64,000 nt of DNA, from assembly GCA_965203515.1 (NCBI GenBank), contig OZ241907.1, forward strand, positions 2,720,001-2,784,000. Reading direction: 5' to 3'. Origin of the DNA: Spirochaetia bacterium (lineage in GTDB: Bacteria; Spirochaetota; Spirochaetia; SZUA-6; Bin103). A program made the position numbers and the translations under genes. The notes beneath the pieces were generated by a model. That model had not been told where the DNA came from, ran no database searches, and saw only the letters and a list, made by a program, of their open reading frames with translations. Below, piece by piece: positions 50,771-64,000 of the stretch; within the stretch, counting starts at the first letter, position 1; the number at the start of each line of letters is the position of its first letter.

Positions 50771-52045
50771 ATGGCGATACGACTGGCGATCGTGGGTTGC
50801 GGCGGCATGGGTCATCGCCACCTGAGGGGACTCGGCGAGCTGCGCGCCGCCGGCATCTCGTCGCTGGAGCTGGTCGCCGCCTGCGATCCGGTGGAGGCCA
50901 ACGCCGCCTCGCTCGCCGACCAGGCGGAGGCGGTCTTCGGCGCGCGCCCGGCCGTGGTCGCGGCGCTTGGCGACCTGCGCGACCACGGCGTGCAGGCGGT
51001 CGACATCACCAGCACGCCGCGCACCCATCACCTGCTGGCCGTCGAAGCGCTGCGGCGCGGGCTGCACGTGCTGATCGAGAAGCCGCTGGCGCTGACCGTG
51101 GCGGCATGCCGCCGGATCCGCGCTGCGGCGGCGTCGACGGCGGCCGTCCTCAGCGTTGCCGAGAACTACCGCCGCGACCCGATGTGCCGGCTGGCCAAGG
51201 CGCTGCTGGACGCGGGCGTGGTCGGCACGCCGCGCCTCATCGTCCAGCATGGCGTAGGCGGCGGCGACCGGATGGCCATCAGCATGTGGCGCCACCGGCG
51301 CGAACACGGCGGCATACTGCTGGACGTGGGGGTCCACTTCGCTGACGTGCTGGAGTACCTGCTGGGCCGCATCGATACGGCGTACGCGGTGACGCGGCTG
51401 CACGAACCGGTCCGCCGCAACCCGGCCGCCGGCGCGGGCGGCGCCGCCGTCGATCCCGCCGACGCCTACGGGCAGTGGCAGCGCGCCGCGCCCGCCGAGT
51501 TCGAGGCGACCGCCGAAGACGCCCTGTACGGGACGCTGACCTTCGCCGGCGGCGCGGTCGGCAACATCATCCAGGATCACGCGGGGCGCGGGGCCGGACT
51601 GGGCGGACGGGCGGTGTTCGGGTCGACGGGATCGATGACGCTGCCGGGCGATCGCAGCGGCGGTGAGATCACCGTCCACCGGGACGGCGGCGAACGGCTC
51701 GAAGGCGACGCGTTGCTGGAACGGGTGCCGGAGTTCCGCCTGGACGCCAATACCGCGGCGCTGTTCGGCGCGGAACGGCTGCGGCGCTACGACCAGCCGT
51801 TCCCGGTCACCGACGCCAAGCTGCTGGCCGTCGAATACGCGGAGCTGGCGGATGCGATCCGGGGCGGAGCTTCGCCGGAGATCGACGCGGAACAGGGGAT
51901 GCGCGCGGTGGCCAGCTACTACGCGCTGCTGGAATCGGGGGCGTCCGGGGTCCCGGTCCGCGTCCGGGACGTGCTCGACGGCCGCGTCGACGCCTGCCAG
52001 CGCGGGCTCAACGACTCACTCGGGCTGACACCGGAGCGGAGCTGA
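50771..52045 (+). CDS. Gfo/Idh/MocA family oxidoreductase
   Basis: IVGCGGMG, HVLIEKPLA, GGILLDVGVHFAD. Confidence 0.9.
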   Translation: MAIRLAIVGCGGMGHRHLRGLGELRAAGISSLELVAACDPVEANAASLADQAEAVFGARPAVVAALGDLRDHGVQAVDITSTPRTHHLLAVEALRRGLHVLIEKPLALTVAACRRIRAAAASTAAVLSVAENYRRDPMCRLAKALLDAGVVGTPRLIVQHGVGGGDRMAISMWRHRREHGGILLDVGVHFADVLEYLLGRIDTAYAVTRLHEPVRRNPAAGAGGAAVDPADAYGQWQRAAPAEFEATAEDALYGTLTFAGGAVGNIIQDHAGRGAGLGGRAVFGSTGSMTLPGDRSGGEITVHRDGGERLEGDALLERVPEFRLDANTAALFGAERLRRYDQPFPVTDAKLLAVEYAELADAIRGGASPEIDAEQGMRAVASYYALLESGASGVPVRVRDVLDGRVDACQRGLNDSLGLTPERS

Positions 52046-52465
52046 TCTCGTGGAGGGCGAAGCGGGGGTTCCATCCTTCGGAATCACGCCGCTCGAGGTT
52101 CGGTGATCCCGGCGCGTTGCTGCGGACCTTCGACACGCCGGCTCTCCAGCTATCGAGCGTGAGATCGTCGGTGCTCGTCACGAATACGCGCAACAGTCTT
52201 CAGCCATGTCATCGAGTATCCCGGCGATGAAGTCCCTGAAGTTGGCGTACGCATCATTGACGCTGGTGCCACCGGCGGCGGTACCTCCCGGATACACACC
52301 GTCGAGCCAGCAGTGTCCGTCGGCGGGGTTGACGATGGCGAGGAGGGCTCCGTCGATTTCGACCTTCGCCCGGAAAGATTCGGCATTGACCAGTTTCGCG
52401 TAGCTGAACAGCAGCGGCCACGCTTCTCCCGGAGGATCCCAATTGGGCAGCAGGCTTTCTTCCAT
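52030..52465 (-). pseudogene. Probable frameshifted hypothetical gene, weakly HicB-like
   Basis: RBS GAGGAGAGG before ATG; PGGTAAGG.SV.DAYANF; coding-like sequence continues in another frame after ~52195. 3' boundary is approximate. Confidence 0.35.
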
Positions 52466-52696
52466 GTCCTCTCCTCAACTCACGTGCCGGCAGACATTCG
52501 CATCCACATGTTATGACCGTCCGACGTAATATGTTTGTATGTATATGTTTAGTTAGTATGCATAAGTATACGCAGACATCTTTCCGCTCGTCAACGCCTC
52601 CGACCGGAGGTCTCAAGAGCCGCGACAGCGTCAGCAGCGCTCCTCTGCCGCCAAGCGGTCGGCGACATGCGGGAGCGGTATGGTACCGTGGCCGGC

Positions 52697-53044
52697 ATGA
52701 GCGCGGAAGCGATCGCGATCGTCGCCGTTGGGGTGGCGCTGCTGGCGGCGCTGGTGCCGCTGCTGCTGTCGATGCGCGGCGACATGAAGACGCTGCGCAC
52801 GGAGGTTCGGGCCGACCTGGGCGACCTGCGCACGGAGGTTCGGGCCGACCTGGACGACCTGCGCACGGAGGTTCGGACCGACTTGGCTGCTCTGCGCGGC
52901 GACGTGGTGGGCGTGCGGCGCGATCTGCAAGCCCTGGGTGAGCGAGTGGCGCGCATGGAAGGCCGGCTCGATGCGCTGGCGCCGGTGTTGGCGCCGGTGC
53001 GCCCGATGGCCGCGCCTGCCGATCCGCCGGCCCCGGCCGCCTGA
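52697..53044 (+). CDS. Small N-terminal TM plus coiled-coil protein with 11-aa repeats
   Basis: Hydrophobic N-terminus, LRTEVRADLGD x~3, ERVARMEG. Confidence 0.75.
   Translation: MSAEAIAIVAVGVALLAALVPLLLSMRGDMKTLRTEVRADLGDLRTEVRADLDDLRTEVRTDLAALRGDVVGVRRDLQALGERVARMEGRLDALAPVLAPVRPMAAPADPPAPAA
52793..52885 (+). repeat. 33-bp coding tandem repeat, ~2.8 copies
   Basis: Unit ctgcgcacggaggttcgggccgacctgggcgac at 52793, 52826 and 52859. Confidence 0.9.
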
Positions 53045-53087
53045 GCCCGGCGCGCGTTCGTCGCCGCGGAGCGATCATGGCGGGTGG

Positions 53088-53774
53088 TCAGGCGGACTGC
53101 GGGTGGACGAACCGATCGGCCATGCCGGTGATCAGGGTGCCGGTGCGGTCCAGGATGCGCGCCACGGCCACGTCGTCGGCGATATGCCCGTGCGTGCTCA
53201 CCGCGCCGGCGCCGGTGAGCGCCGGGCGCATCGCGTCCAGTTCCGCCACCGCGCGGGCGCCCACGGCGATGCAGGTCGCCCAGCCCAGGCTGCCGCCGAA
53301 GCCGCTGGGACCGGCCGGTACCGCCGGCGGGCGCAGGCGGTACCGTTCCCGGTAGATGACCGAGCCGTCGCGGACGACGGTCAGGTGGTAGCCGAGCGAC
53401 GCGAACGCCCACGCCTCGCCCATCTGCGTGCGCCCCGGGCAGCCGCATTCCAGCAGCAGGCAGCCGCTGCCGCCGGCGACGCTGACTACGGTCGACTGGA
53501 TCACCGCGGCGCCGGCGAACGGGATCAGCGGCCGGCCGACCAGCCGCAGGTAGCTCCGGCCCTGCACCGCGGCGGCGAGCCGCAGATGAGCCGGGCCGCC
53601 GGCCGGAGCGGGGCCGCCCGCCGCTCCCGGCAGACACAGGGTGCCGGCCGGCGGCGCCCAGGTCACCGCCGCGCCGTCATCGAGCCGAATCCGCTGCAGG
53701 TGGCGATCGCCGGTGCGCAGGCCGCCGCCCTGATCGACCGGCATGGCCAACAGACCGCCGGCCGCCGGGAGCAC
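53088..53774 (-). CDS. ureD: Urease accessory protein UreD (divergent; start uncertain)
   Basis: GGGL..GD, LIPFAGA, PGRTQMGE.WAF; last gene of the urease cluster. Confidence 0.8.
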   Translation of the reverse strand: MLPAAGGLLAMPVDQGGGLRTGDRHLQRIRLDDGAAVTWAPPAGTLCLPGAAGGPAPAGGPAHLRLAAAVQGRSYLRLVGRPLIPFAGAAVIQSTVVSVAGGSGCLLLECGCPGRTQMGEAWAFASLGYHLTVVRDGSVIYRERYRLRPPAVPAGPSGFGGSLGWATCIAVGARAVAELDAMRPALTGAGAVSTHGHIADDVAVARILDRTGTLITGMADRFVHPQSA

Positions 53775-53853
53775 GTTGACGAACAGCGGCGCGCGACAGC
53801 GGGTCCGCCAGCGCCGGCCGGCGCCGGCCAGCCGCAGCTCGCCGCGCCGACCG

Positions 53854-54561
53854 TTATCGGGAGACGGGCGCGTGGCGGTGGGTATGGTCGTGGTGATGGT
53901 GATGACCGCCGCCCCCCCAGGCCGGCCGGCCGCGCCGAGGGGCGCCGAGCGCTGCCACGACCCAGGCGGCGACCTCCTCCACGCCGGAACCGTCCTTGAG
54001 GTTGGTCATCACGAATGGCAGGTCCCCGCGCGCGGCGCGCACGTCATCGGCCATCCGCTCCAGGTCGACGTCGACGAACGGGGCCAGGTCGACCTTGTTG
54101 ACCACCAGCAGGTCGCTGCGCGTGATGCCCAGGCCGCCCTTGCGCGGTATGTCGCCGCCCTGCGCGACGTCGATCACGTAGAGCTGATAGTCGACCAGGT
54201 CGGGGCTGAAGCTGGCCGCCAGGTTGTCGCCGCCGCTCTCGATGAAGGCCGCGCGGGCGTCGTCGAAGCGGTCCTGCAACCGCGCCAGGGCGTCGGCGTT
54301 CACCGATATGTCATCGCGGATCGCGGCGTGCGGGCAGCCGCCGGTCTCGACCCCCAGGATGCGGCCCGCGGCAAGCGCGCCGGCGCGGACCAGGAACCGT
54401 TCGTCCTCCCGCGAGTAGATGTCGTTGGTGATCGCCACGATCGAGTGTTCGCCGCCGAGCCGCTGGCAGAGGCGGAGCAGCAGATGGCTCTTTCCGGACC
54501 CGACCGGGCCGCCGATGCCGAACCGGACCGGCCGAGATGCTGCGTCGTGTCCGTGGTCCAT
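53854..54561 (-). CDS. ureG: Urease accessory GTPase UreG with His-rich C-terminal tail
   Basis: [35 protein letters not shown], tail [12 protein letters not shown]. Confidence 0.95.
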   Translation of the reverse strand: MDHGHDAASRPVRFGIGGPVGSGKSHLLLRLCQRLGGEHSIVAITNDIYSREDERFLVRAGALAAGRILGVETGGCPHAAIRDDISVNADALARLQDRFDDARAAFIESGGDNLAASFSPDLVDYQLYVIDVAQGGDIPRKGGLGITRSDLLVVNKVDLAPFVDVDLERMADDVRAARGDLPFVMTNLKDGSGVEEVAAWVVAALGAPRRGRPAWGGGGHHHHHDHTHRHAPVSR

Positions 54562-54643
54562 CCGCTTCCGTCCATGTTGTAGCACGTCGGCGATGATGCG
54601 CGGCGCCCATGGATCGGCCTTCGGAAAGATCGGCTTCGTAAGG

Positions 54644-55363
54644 TCAGCTTCGGAAGTAGCGCGCCGACAGCTCGGCGTGGCCCAGCACCGCAGCGTCCCA
54701 GCCGGGCGCGGCGCTGGCCAGCGGCCGCCGGCGCCGGCCGATCCGCCGCGTCAGCTCGGTGACTTCGTCCAGCAGCGCGCCGGTGACGGCCAACGCCTCC
54801 GACTGGCCTATGGGGACGGTGCGGACCGCGACCTGCGTCCACTGGCGGACCGTTCCCAGCAACAATGCCTGCACCAGCTCGCCGGCGTCGATGCCGGTCG
54901 CTCCGCCTGTGAATCCCCACGCGACCGGGTGTTGCAGCCGGTCGTCGCGGCCGGCGGCGGCGCGCAGCACGACCGCGTACGCGGGGTGGCGCCGCACGGC
55001 GGGCAGCGCGTCGGCGGCGGCGATCAGCAGCGACCGGCCCAACTGGCCGCCGGCCGCCCGCGCTTCACGCGACGGCTGAAAGCTCGTCACCTGGTCGCTG
55101 AGGCGGATCAGCTCCCGCGCCGCCGATTCGGGCCGTGCGGCGGTCGCGGCGGCGGCGCGCGCCGCCGCCCGGCCGGCCAGCGGCGCGACCCCGAAGCGGA
55201 GCGCGTCGCGGACCCAGCCGGCCACGCCGGCCGCATCGGTCACCTGCCCGGCGTGTACCGCCCACTCCAGACCCCAGGAGTGGGCGAACGCGCCGGTCGG
55301 AAAGCCGCTGTCGGCGATCAGCAGGAGGCGGGCCCGTGCTGCGTCCGGGGCCGCGTCATCCAC
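54644..55363 (-). CDS. ureF: Urease accessory protein UreF
   Basis: [24 protein letters not shown], terminal H..LSARYFRS. Confidence 0.92.
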   Translation of the reverse strand: MDDAAPDAARARLLLIADSGFPTGAFAHSWGLEWAVHAGQVTDAAGVAGWVRDALRFGVAPLAGRAAARAAAATAARPESAARELIRLSDQVTSFQPSREARAAGGQLGRSLLIAAADALPAVRRHPAYAVVLRAAAGRDDRLQHPVAWGFTGGATGIDAGELVQALLLGTVRQWTQVAVRTVPIGQSEALAVTGALLDEVTELTRRIGRRRRPLASAAPGWDAAVLGHAELSARYFRS

Positions 55364-55385
55364 GGTTCGACCGCTCGACCGGCGC

Positions 55386-57108
<1,723 letters not shown>

Positions 57109-57116
<8 letters not shown>

Positions 57117-57519
57117 CGCCGAACCCTCCTTCGCGCGCCGCCGCCAGACCGGCCGCGCGTACCGAGTCGTCGTCCAGCGGGCCGTTGGCCAGCCCGTTGA
57201 GGCCGTGGCATATCCGTTCGCCGCCGAACGGCATCAGGGTCACCCGGTGGCGCTGCCCCGGCTCGAAGCGCACCGCGGTGCCGGCGGCGATGGCCAGTTT
57301 CATGCCCCAGGCTTGCCGGCGGTCGAACCGCAGGGCGCGGTTGACCTCGAAGAAGTGGAAGTGGCTGCCGACCTGGATCGGGCGGTCGCCGGCGTTCGCC
57401 ACCTCGATCCGCACCGCCGGCCGTTCGGGCAGGCTGCGCCAGGAGTCGCGCTCGATCCAGGTCTGCCCCGGCGCCCAGTCGCCCGCGGTTGCCGCGGGCG
57501 CGCTCACCGGCCCGCTCAC
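57109..57519 (-). CDS. ureB: Urease beta subunit
   Basis: [33 protein letters not shown] coupling with ureA. Confidence 0.95.
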
Positions 57520-57815
57520 TGGATCGGGTGATGGACGGTCACCAGCTTGGTCCCGTCCGGGAACGTCGCCTCGACCTGCACGCTGGGGATCATCGCCGGC
57601 ACGCCGCTCATCACCTGCCGCGCGGACAGGATGGTGCCGCCCAGCTCGACGATGTCGGTCAGCGGCCGGCCCTCGCGCGCCCACTCCATGATCTGGGTGG
57701 CGATGACGGCCGTGGCCTCGGGGTGGTTGAGCTTGACGCCCCGCTGCAGCCGGTCGCGCGCCACCATGCCGGCGACCGCCAGCAGCAGCTTCTCGCGTTC
57801 ATGAGGTGTGAACAT
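57516..57815 (-). CDS. ureA: Urease gamma subunit
   Basis: [48 protein letters not shown]. Confidence 0.96.
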   Translation of the reverse strand: MFTPHEREKLLLAVAGMVARDRLQRGVKLNHPEATAVIATQIMEWAREGRPLTDIVELGGTILSARQVMSGVPAMIPSVQVEATFPDGTKLVTVHHPIQ

Positions 57816-57855
57816 CGATGCTCCTCGATACTCGATCGGCCGAGAACTCGCCGAT

Positions 57856-59553
57856 TCAGAAGTCCAGGCGCCAGACGCTGGTCGCCTGCCGCGCCATCCA
57901 GCGCTGCCGTGAGGCGATCTTGTCGACGGTCCAGGCATCATAGTCTGTCGCGATCCTGCGCGTAACGGCGAATCGGCTGCCGCCGTAGGTGGATCGCTTT
58001 GCGGCGAAGCCGGCGTTTCCCGCGGCGCGGTTGTCGGCCGCCGACAGCAGCGTGAGGTTGCCGAGCCGGTAGGTGAACGACTCGCGCTGCCGGTCGTCGA
58101 ACTGCTCCCAGGCTTCGCCGGGCCGTTCCGGCAGCACGTGCTCGAGGTCGTACTGCGCGCTCTCGAAGTCGAAGTCCTCTCCCGACACGTGCCGTTCCAG
58201 CCGGAACAACAGGTACCGCGCCACTTTCCGGTTGCGGCTGCTGGCGGTGCGCAGCTCCTTTTCGGCGAAGGCCGCCCGGAACTCGCCGTCGTCGGGGTAG
58301 ACGCTGCGCAGTTCCCTGATCGTGTCCGCCGCTCCGCCGAGGGCGTGATTCGCCAGCGCGCAGGCGATGCGGTTGTACTGTCGTTCCTGCTCGTTGCCCT
58401 GCCGGCCGCAGATCACGTTGTACCGGAACGACACGACGGCGACCGCGCGCAGCAGGCGGCTGAACCCGGTTCGATCGTCGTCCGCCCAGCGCTCGAACGC
58501 CGCCAGCAGCAGCGCCAGCGGTTGGCGCACGTCGAACATCCGCAACGCCGCCAGACTGTCGCGTTCCTCCTGCGACCACGAGGGGTCTTCCGGGCTGCGC
58601 AGCGCCGCGTAGGTGAGCGCGTTTCGGTCGAGGTCGCGGATCAGGGCGAACACGGCCGCCCGGCCGCTCACCTTGCTGCGGATCGTCTTGAACAGATCGG
58701 CCTTGCGCGCCAGCCGGTTGCGGCTGTTCCAGAACACGCGCAGAAACTCGGGAAAACCCTCGCTGCCGAGGTGCCCGACGATCGTGTCCCAGCGGTTCTC
58801 CAGCGCCCGAAGGTCCGCGGCGTGAGCGCCGCCGCGGGAGACGACGAAGAACAGGTAGTTCTTCAACAGATCGGTGGCGGACAGGCGCACCCCGCGCGCG
58901 TTCAGCGTCTCGAAGACCTTGAACGCGTTGAGCTCGTCGGTGACCGTGATGACGGTAAAGAACAGCTTGTCGACCGCGGCGTCGACGAAGCTGGCCACCG
59001 CTCTGCCGTCGGCGCCGCACCGCTTGTCGATGCGCTCCCTGAACCAGAGAAAGGCGCGGCGCAGCAGGTGCTCGGAGGCGCGCAATCCCCGCTGCGGCAG
59101 GCGCTCGAGCGGCACCAGGTAGTCCTGATAGAAGCGGTCGTCGTTGCGGTTGAGCGTCAGCTTGGAGCGCGGCACCAGGCTCACCGGGTCGAGGTAGCCC
59201 AGGTAGTTCGCGCGTAGCTGCGCGGCGCGCCGCAGTTCCGGGTCGTCGGCGGTATCCGGCGCGGCCAGCTCGGTGAGGTGCGCCACGGCGGCCAGCATCA
59301 ACAGGCTGAGCGTGGTCATGCGCTGCTGTCCGTCGATGATCGCGAACGTCCGGTTGTCGGTCGATTGCAGTACCAGGTAGCCCAGGTAGTGGGCCGGCTC
59401 CGGGTCTTCCTGAAACAACGCTGCGAGGTCGTTCCACAGGTCGTCCCACTCGTCGGGTCCCCAGGAGTAGTCGCGCTGAAACCGCGGCACGCGATAGCTC
59501 AGCCCGTTGCCCATCAACTGGCGAAACGTGGTGTTGGTCGTGTTGAAGGTCAT
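57856..59553 (-). CDS. GmrSD-type (DUF262 + DUF1524/HNH) type IV restriction endonuclease
   Basis: [44 protein letters not shown]...N. Confidence 0.92.
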   Translation of the reverse strand: MTFNTTNTTFRQLMGNGLSYRVPRFQRDYSWGPDEWDDLWNDLAALFQEDPEPAHYLGYLVLQSTDNRTFAIIDGQQRMTTLSLLMLAAVAHLTELAAPDTADDPELRRAAQLRANYLGYLDPVSLVPRSKLTLNRNDDRFYQDYLVPLERLPQRGLRASEHLLRRAFLWFRERIDKRCGADGRAVASFVDAAVDKLFFTVITVTDELNAFKVFETLNARGVRLSATDLLKNYLFFVVSRGGAHAADLRALENRWDTIVGHLGSEGFPEFLRVFWNSRNRLARKADLFKTIRSKVSGRAAVFALIRDLDRNALTYAALRSPEDPSWSQEERDSLAALRMFDVRQPLALLLAAFERWADDDRTGFSRLLRAVAVVSFRYNVICGRQGNEQERQYNRIACALANHALGGAADTIRELRSVYPDDGEFRAAFAEKELRTASSRNRKVARYLLFRLERHVSGEDFDFESAQYDLEHVLPERPGEAWEQFDDRQRESFTYRLGNLTLLSAADNRAAGNAGFAAKRSTYGGSRFAVTRRIATDYDAWTVDKIASRQRWMARQATSVWRLDF

Positions 59554-59668
59554 GGAACGCCTGCCGCCCGCCTGAGTGTTCCGCATCGGGGCGCGCGGCT
59601 CAAGCGCGCCGCCGGCCGGCAGGCGTGGAGTTGACCGGCTCCGCGCCGCGCCCTACGGTGATCGCTCG

Positions 59669-60700
<1,032 letters not shown>

Positions 60701-60722
60701 GCGGCGTACTACCTTTCGACCG

Positions 60723-62591
<1,869 letters not shown>

Positions 62592-62592
62592 C

Positions 62593-63825
62593 GTGCGCAT
62601 ACTGCTCGTCAGCGACTCGTATGGTCTGATCGACGGCGTCAGCCGCAGCATCGAGGCCGAGCTGGAGTTCTTCCGGGAGCGCGGCGACACGGTCGTGGTG
62701 GTCTCCACCAACACGACTCATACGCGCACCTACCGGCTGGCCGCCTACCGCGACTTCTACCGCGTGTTCGACGCCGATCCGCGGCGGCTGGCGCGGCGGC
62801 TGCGCGGCTATCGCTTCGACGTGGCCTACGGGCATTGCGTGGCCCCGCAGGGGCTGTTCTTCCTGCTGTACCTGGCGGCGCGCTTCGGCGTGCCGATGGT
62901 GAATCGCTTCACCACCTTCGCGCCGGACTACATGGTCTATGCCTATCCGCCGGGCTCGGGGCCGGCGGCGCAGGCGGCGATTCGCCGGATGCTCACCGGC
63001 CTGCTCGGCATCACGCAGCGGCGCATGCACCGCGTGCTCCTCAGCATCGCCTGTGAGAAGATGCGGCGGTATCTGGTGGAGGTGCTGCGCGTGGCGCCCT
63101 GGCGTATCGTCGAGAACCGATTCCCGCTCCGGACGACGCGGCCGCCGCGCCGGCGGCCGCGTCCGGGGGCGGACGCCGGCGCTTCCTTCCGCCTGCTCAC
63201 GCCGGGGCGGCTGTCGGCGGAAAAGAACGTCGAGCTGCTCGTCTCGATCTGGAACGACGAGCTGGCCGGTCGCTATCCGCGCGCCGAGTGGCGGCTGGCC
63301 GGACCGGGACCGCTCACCGAATCGGTCCGCCGTTCGGTCCGCTCGGGCGAACGCGTGCGGCTGCTCGGCGCGGTCAGCCACCGGCGCATGCTGCGCGAGA
63401 TGGTGGAGGCGGACCTGATGCTGTACGCGAGCCGCGGCGACACCTTCGCGCTGGTGATCACGGAGGCGAAGCTCTGCAAGCTGCCGATCGTGGCGCTGGC
63501 CGACGACGCCGGCGTGTCGGCGCAGATCGCGGACGGCGCGGTCGGCGGCTATCTGGCCGCCGGCAGGGCGGAGTACGTGCGCCGCGTGCACCATGCGATG
63601 GCGCACCCGGAGCAGGCGGCGCGTATCGCCGAGCGCGGCGCGCGGGACGTCGCCGAACGGTTCGGACCGGCCGAGCACGACCGGCTGGCCGCGATCCTGC
63701 AGCGCGCGGCAGCGGCTCGGCCGAGCCGTTCGCACCGTCTGATCACCCTGGCCGCCGCGCGTCTGGTGCGACTGCTGTGCTGGACGCTGCCGCGCGCGTT
63801 CATCCGCATGTACGAGCCGGCATGA
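62593..63825 (+). CDS. Glycosyltransferase family 4
   Basis: MRILLVSDSY...DGV, GRLSAEKN, DTFALVITEA. Confidence 0.85.
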   Translation: MRILLVSDSYGLIDGVSRSIEAELEFFRERGDTVVVVSTNTTHTRTYRLAAYRDFYRVFDADPRRLARRLRGYRFDVAYGHCVAPQGLFFLLYLAARFGVPMVNRFTTFAPDYMVYAYPPGSGPAAQAAIRRMLTGLLGITQRRMHRVLLSIACEKMRRYLVEVLRVAPWRIVENRFPLRTTRPPRRRPRPGADAGASFRLLTPGRLSAEKNVELLVSIWNDELAGRYPRAEWRLAGPGPLTESVRRSVRSGERVRLLGAVSHRRMLREMVEADLMLYASRGDTFALVITEAKLCKLPIVALADDAGVSAQIADGAVGGYLAAGRAEYVRRVHHAMAHPEQAARIAERGARDVAERFGPAEHDRLAAILQRAAAARPSRSHRLITLAAARLVRLLCWTLPRAFIRMYEPA

Positions 63826-64000
63826 AGCGGACCGGCAAGAAGCGGGGCGGCCCGCGGCCGCGCGCGCTCATCATCGAGGATGACCGCGCTATCGCCAAGC
63901 TGATCGACTTCAACCTGAGCGGCGCGGGCTTCGATCCCCGGCGGGTGACCACCGGCGAGGAGGCGCTGCACTCGGTGGCCCGCGAGCCGACCGAGCTGAT
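63822..64000 (+). CDS. Response regulator receiver domain (truncated by window end)
   Basis: ALIIEDDRAIAKLIDFNL...GF...TGEEAL; ATGA overlap with the GT4 stop. Confidence 0.85.
   Translation, partial: MKRTGKKRGGPRPRALIIEDDRAIAKLIDFNLSGAGFDPRRVTTGEEALHSVAREPTEL

Noticed and set aside
52793..52885. 33-bp repeats as a possible CRISPR array
   Set aside because: Units are contiguous with no spacers, lie in frame in a coiled-coil CDS, and no cas genes are present.

Overview
High-GC bacterial window. HtpG and a DUF1640/LA_3696-like protein look spirochaete-like, and a 12-repeat YWTD lipoprotein plus Rpn and TA debris resemble sponge-associated symbionts; this taxonomy is inference only. Housekeeping and metabolic genes are leuS, proS, trpS, htpG, puuE-alc-allA, ureABCFGD, a transglutaminase/PQQ-propeller pair and a GT4. 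A mosaic defence island of about 26 kb (ca. 6600-32400) holds a Menshen-like AAA-DUF3696/TOPRIM-like/DUF262 trio with a frameshifted middle gene. It also holds a minus-strand run built around a DUF1156 methylase, PLD-SNF2 helicase, DUF499 ATPase and small partner (restriction-like/BREX-related core). That core is extended downstream by three translationally coupled lower-GC genes (unknown, PIN-domain protein, P-loop ATPase) and preceded by a low-GC HNH-helical repeat-PIN gene plus partner. A second islet after leuS carries an Avs-like nuclease-STAND gene and brnT-brnA, and a GmrSD gene sits just ahead of the urease operon. Smaller signals: an 82-bp degenerate copy of the helicase 5' region at the island's left edge, an Rpn gene with a broken toxin but an intact internal antitoxin ORF, many internally deleted gene scars, and a recurring TAnnnT box 5-9 nt before start codons suggesting leaderless transcription. 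No rRNA, tRNA, CRISPR array or integrase was recognised. All family calls come from motif recognition by eye, not database searches.
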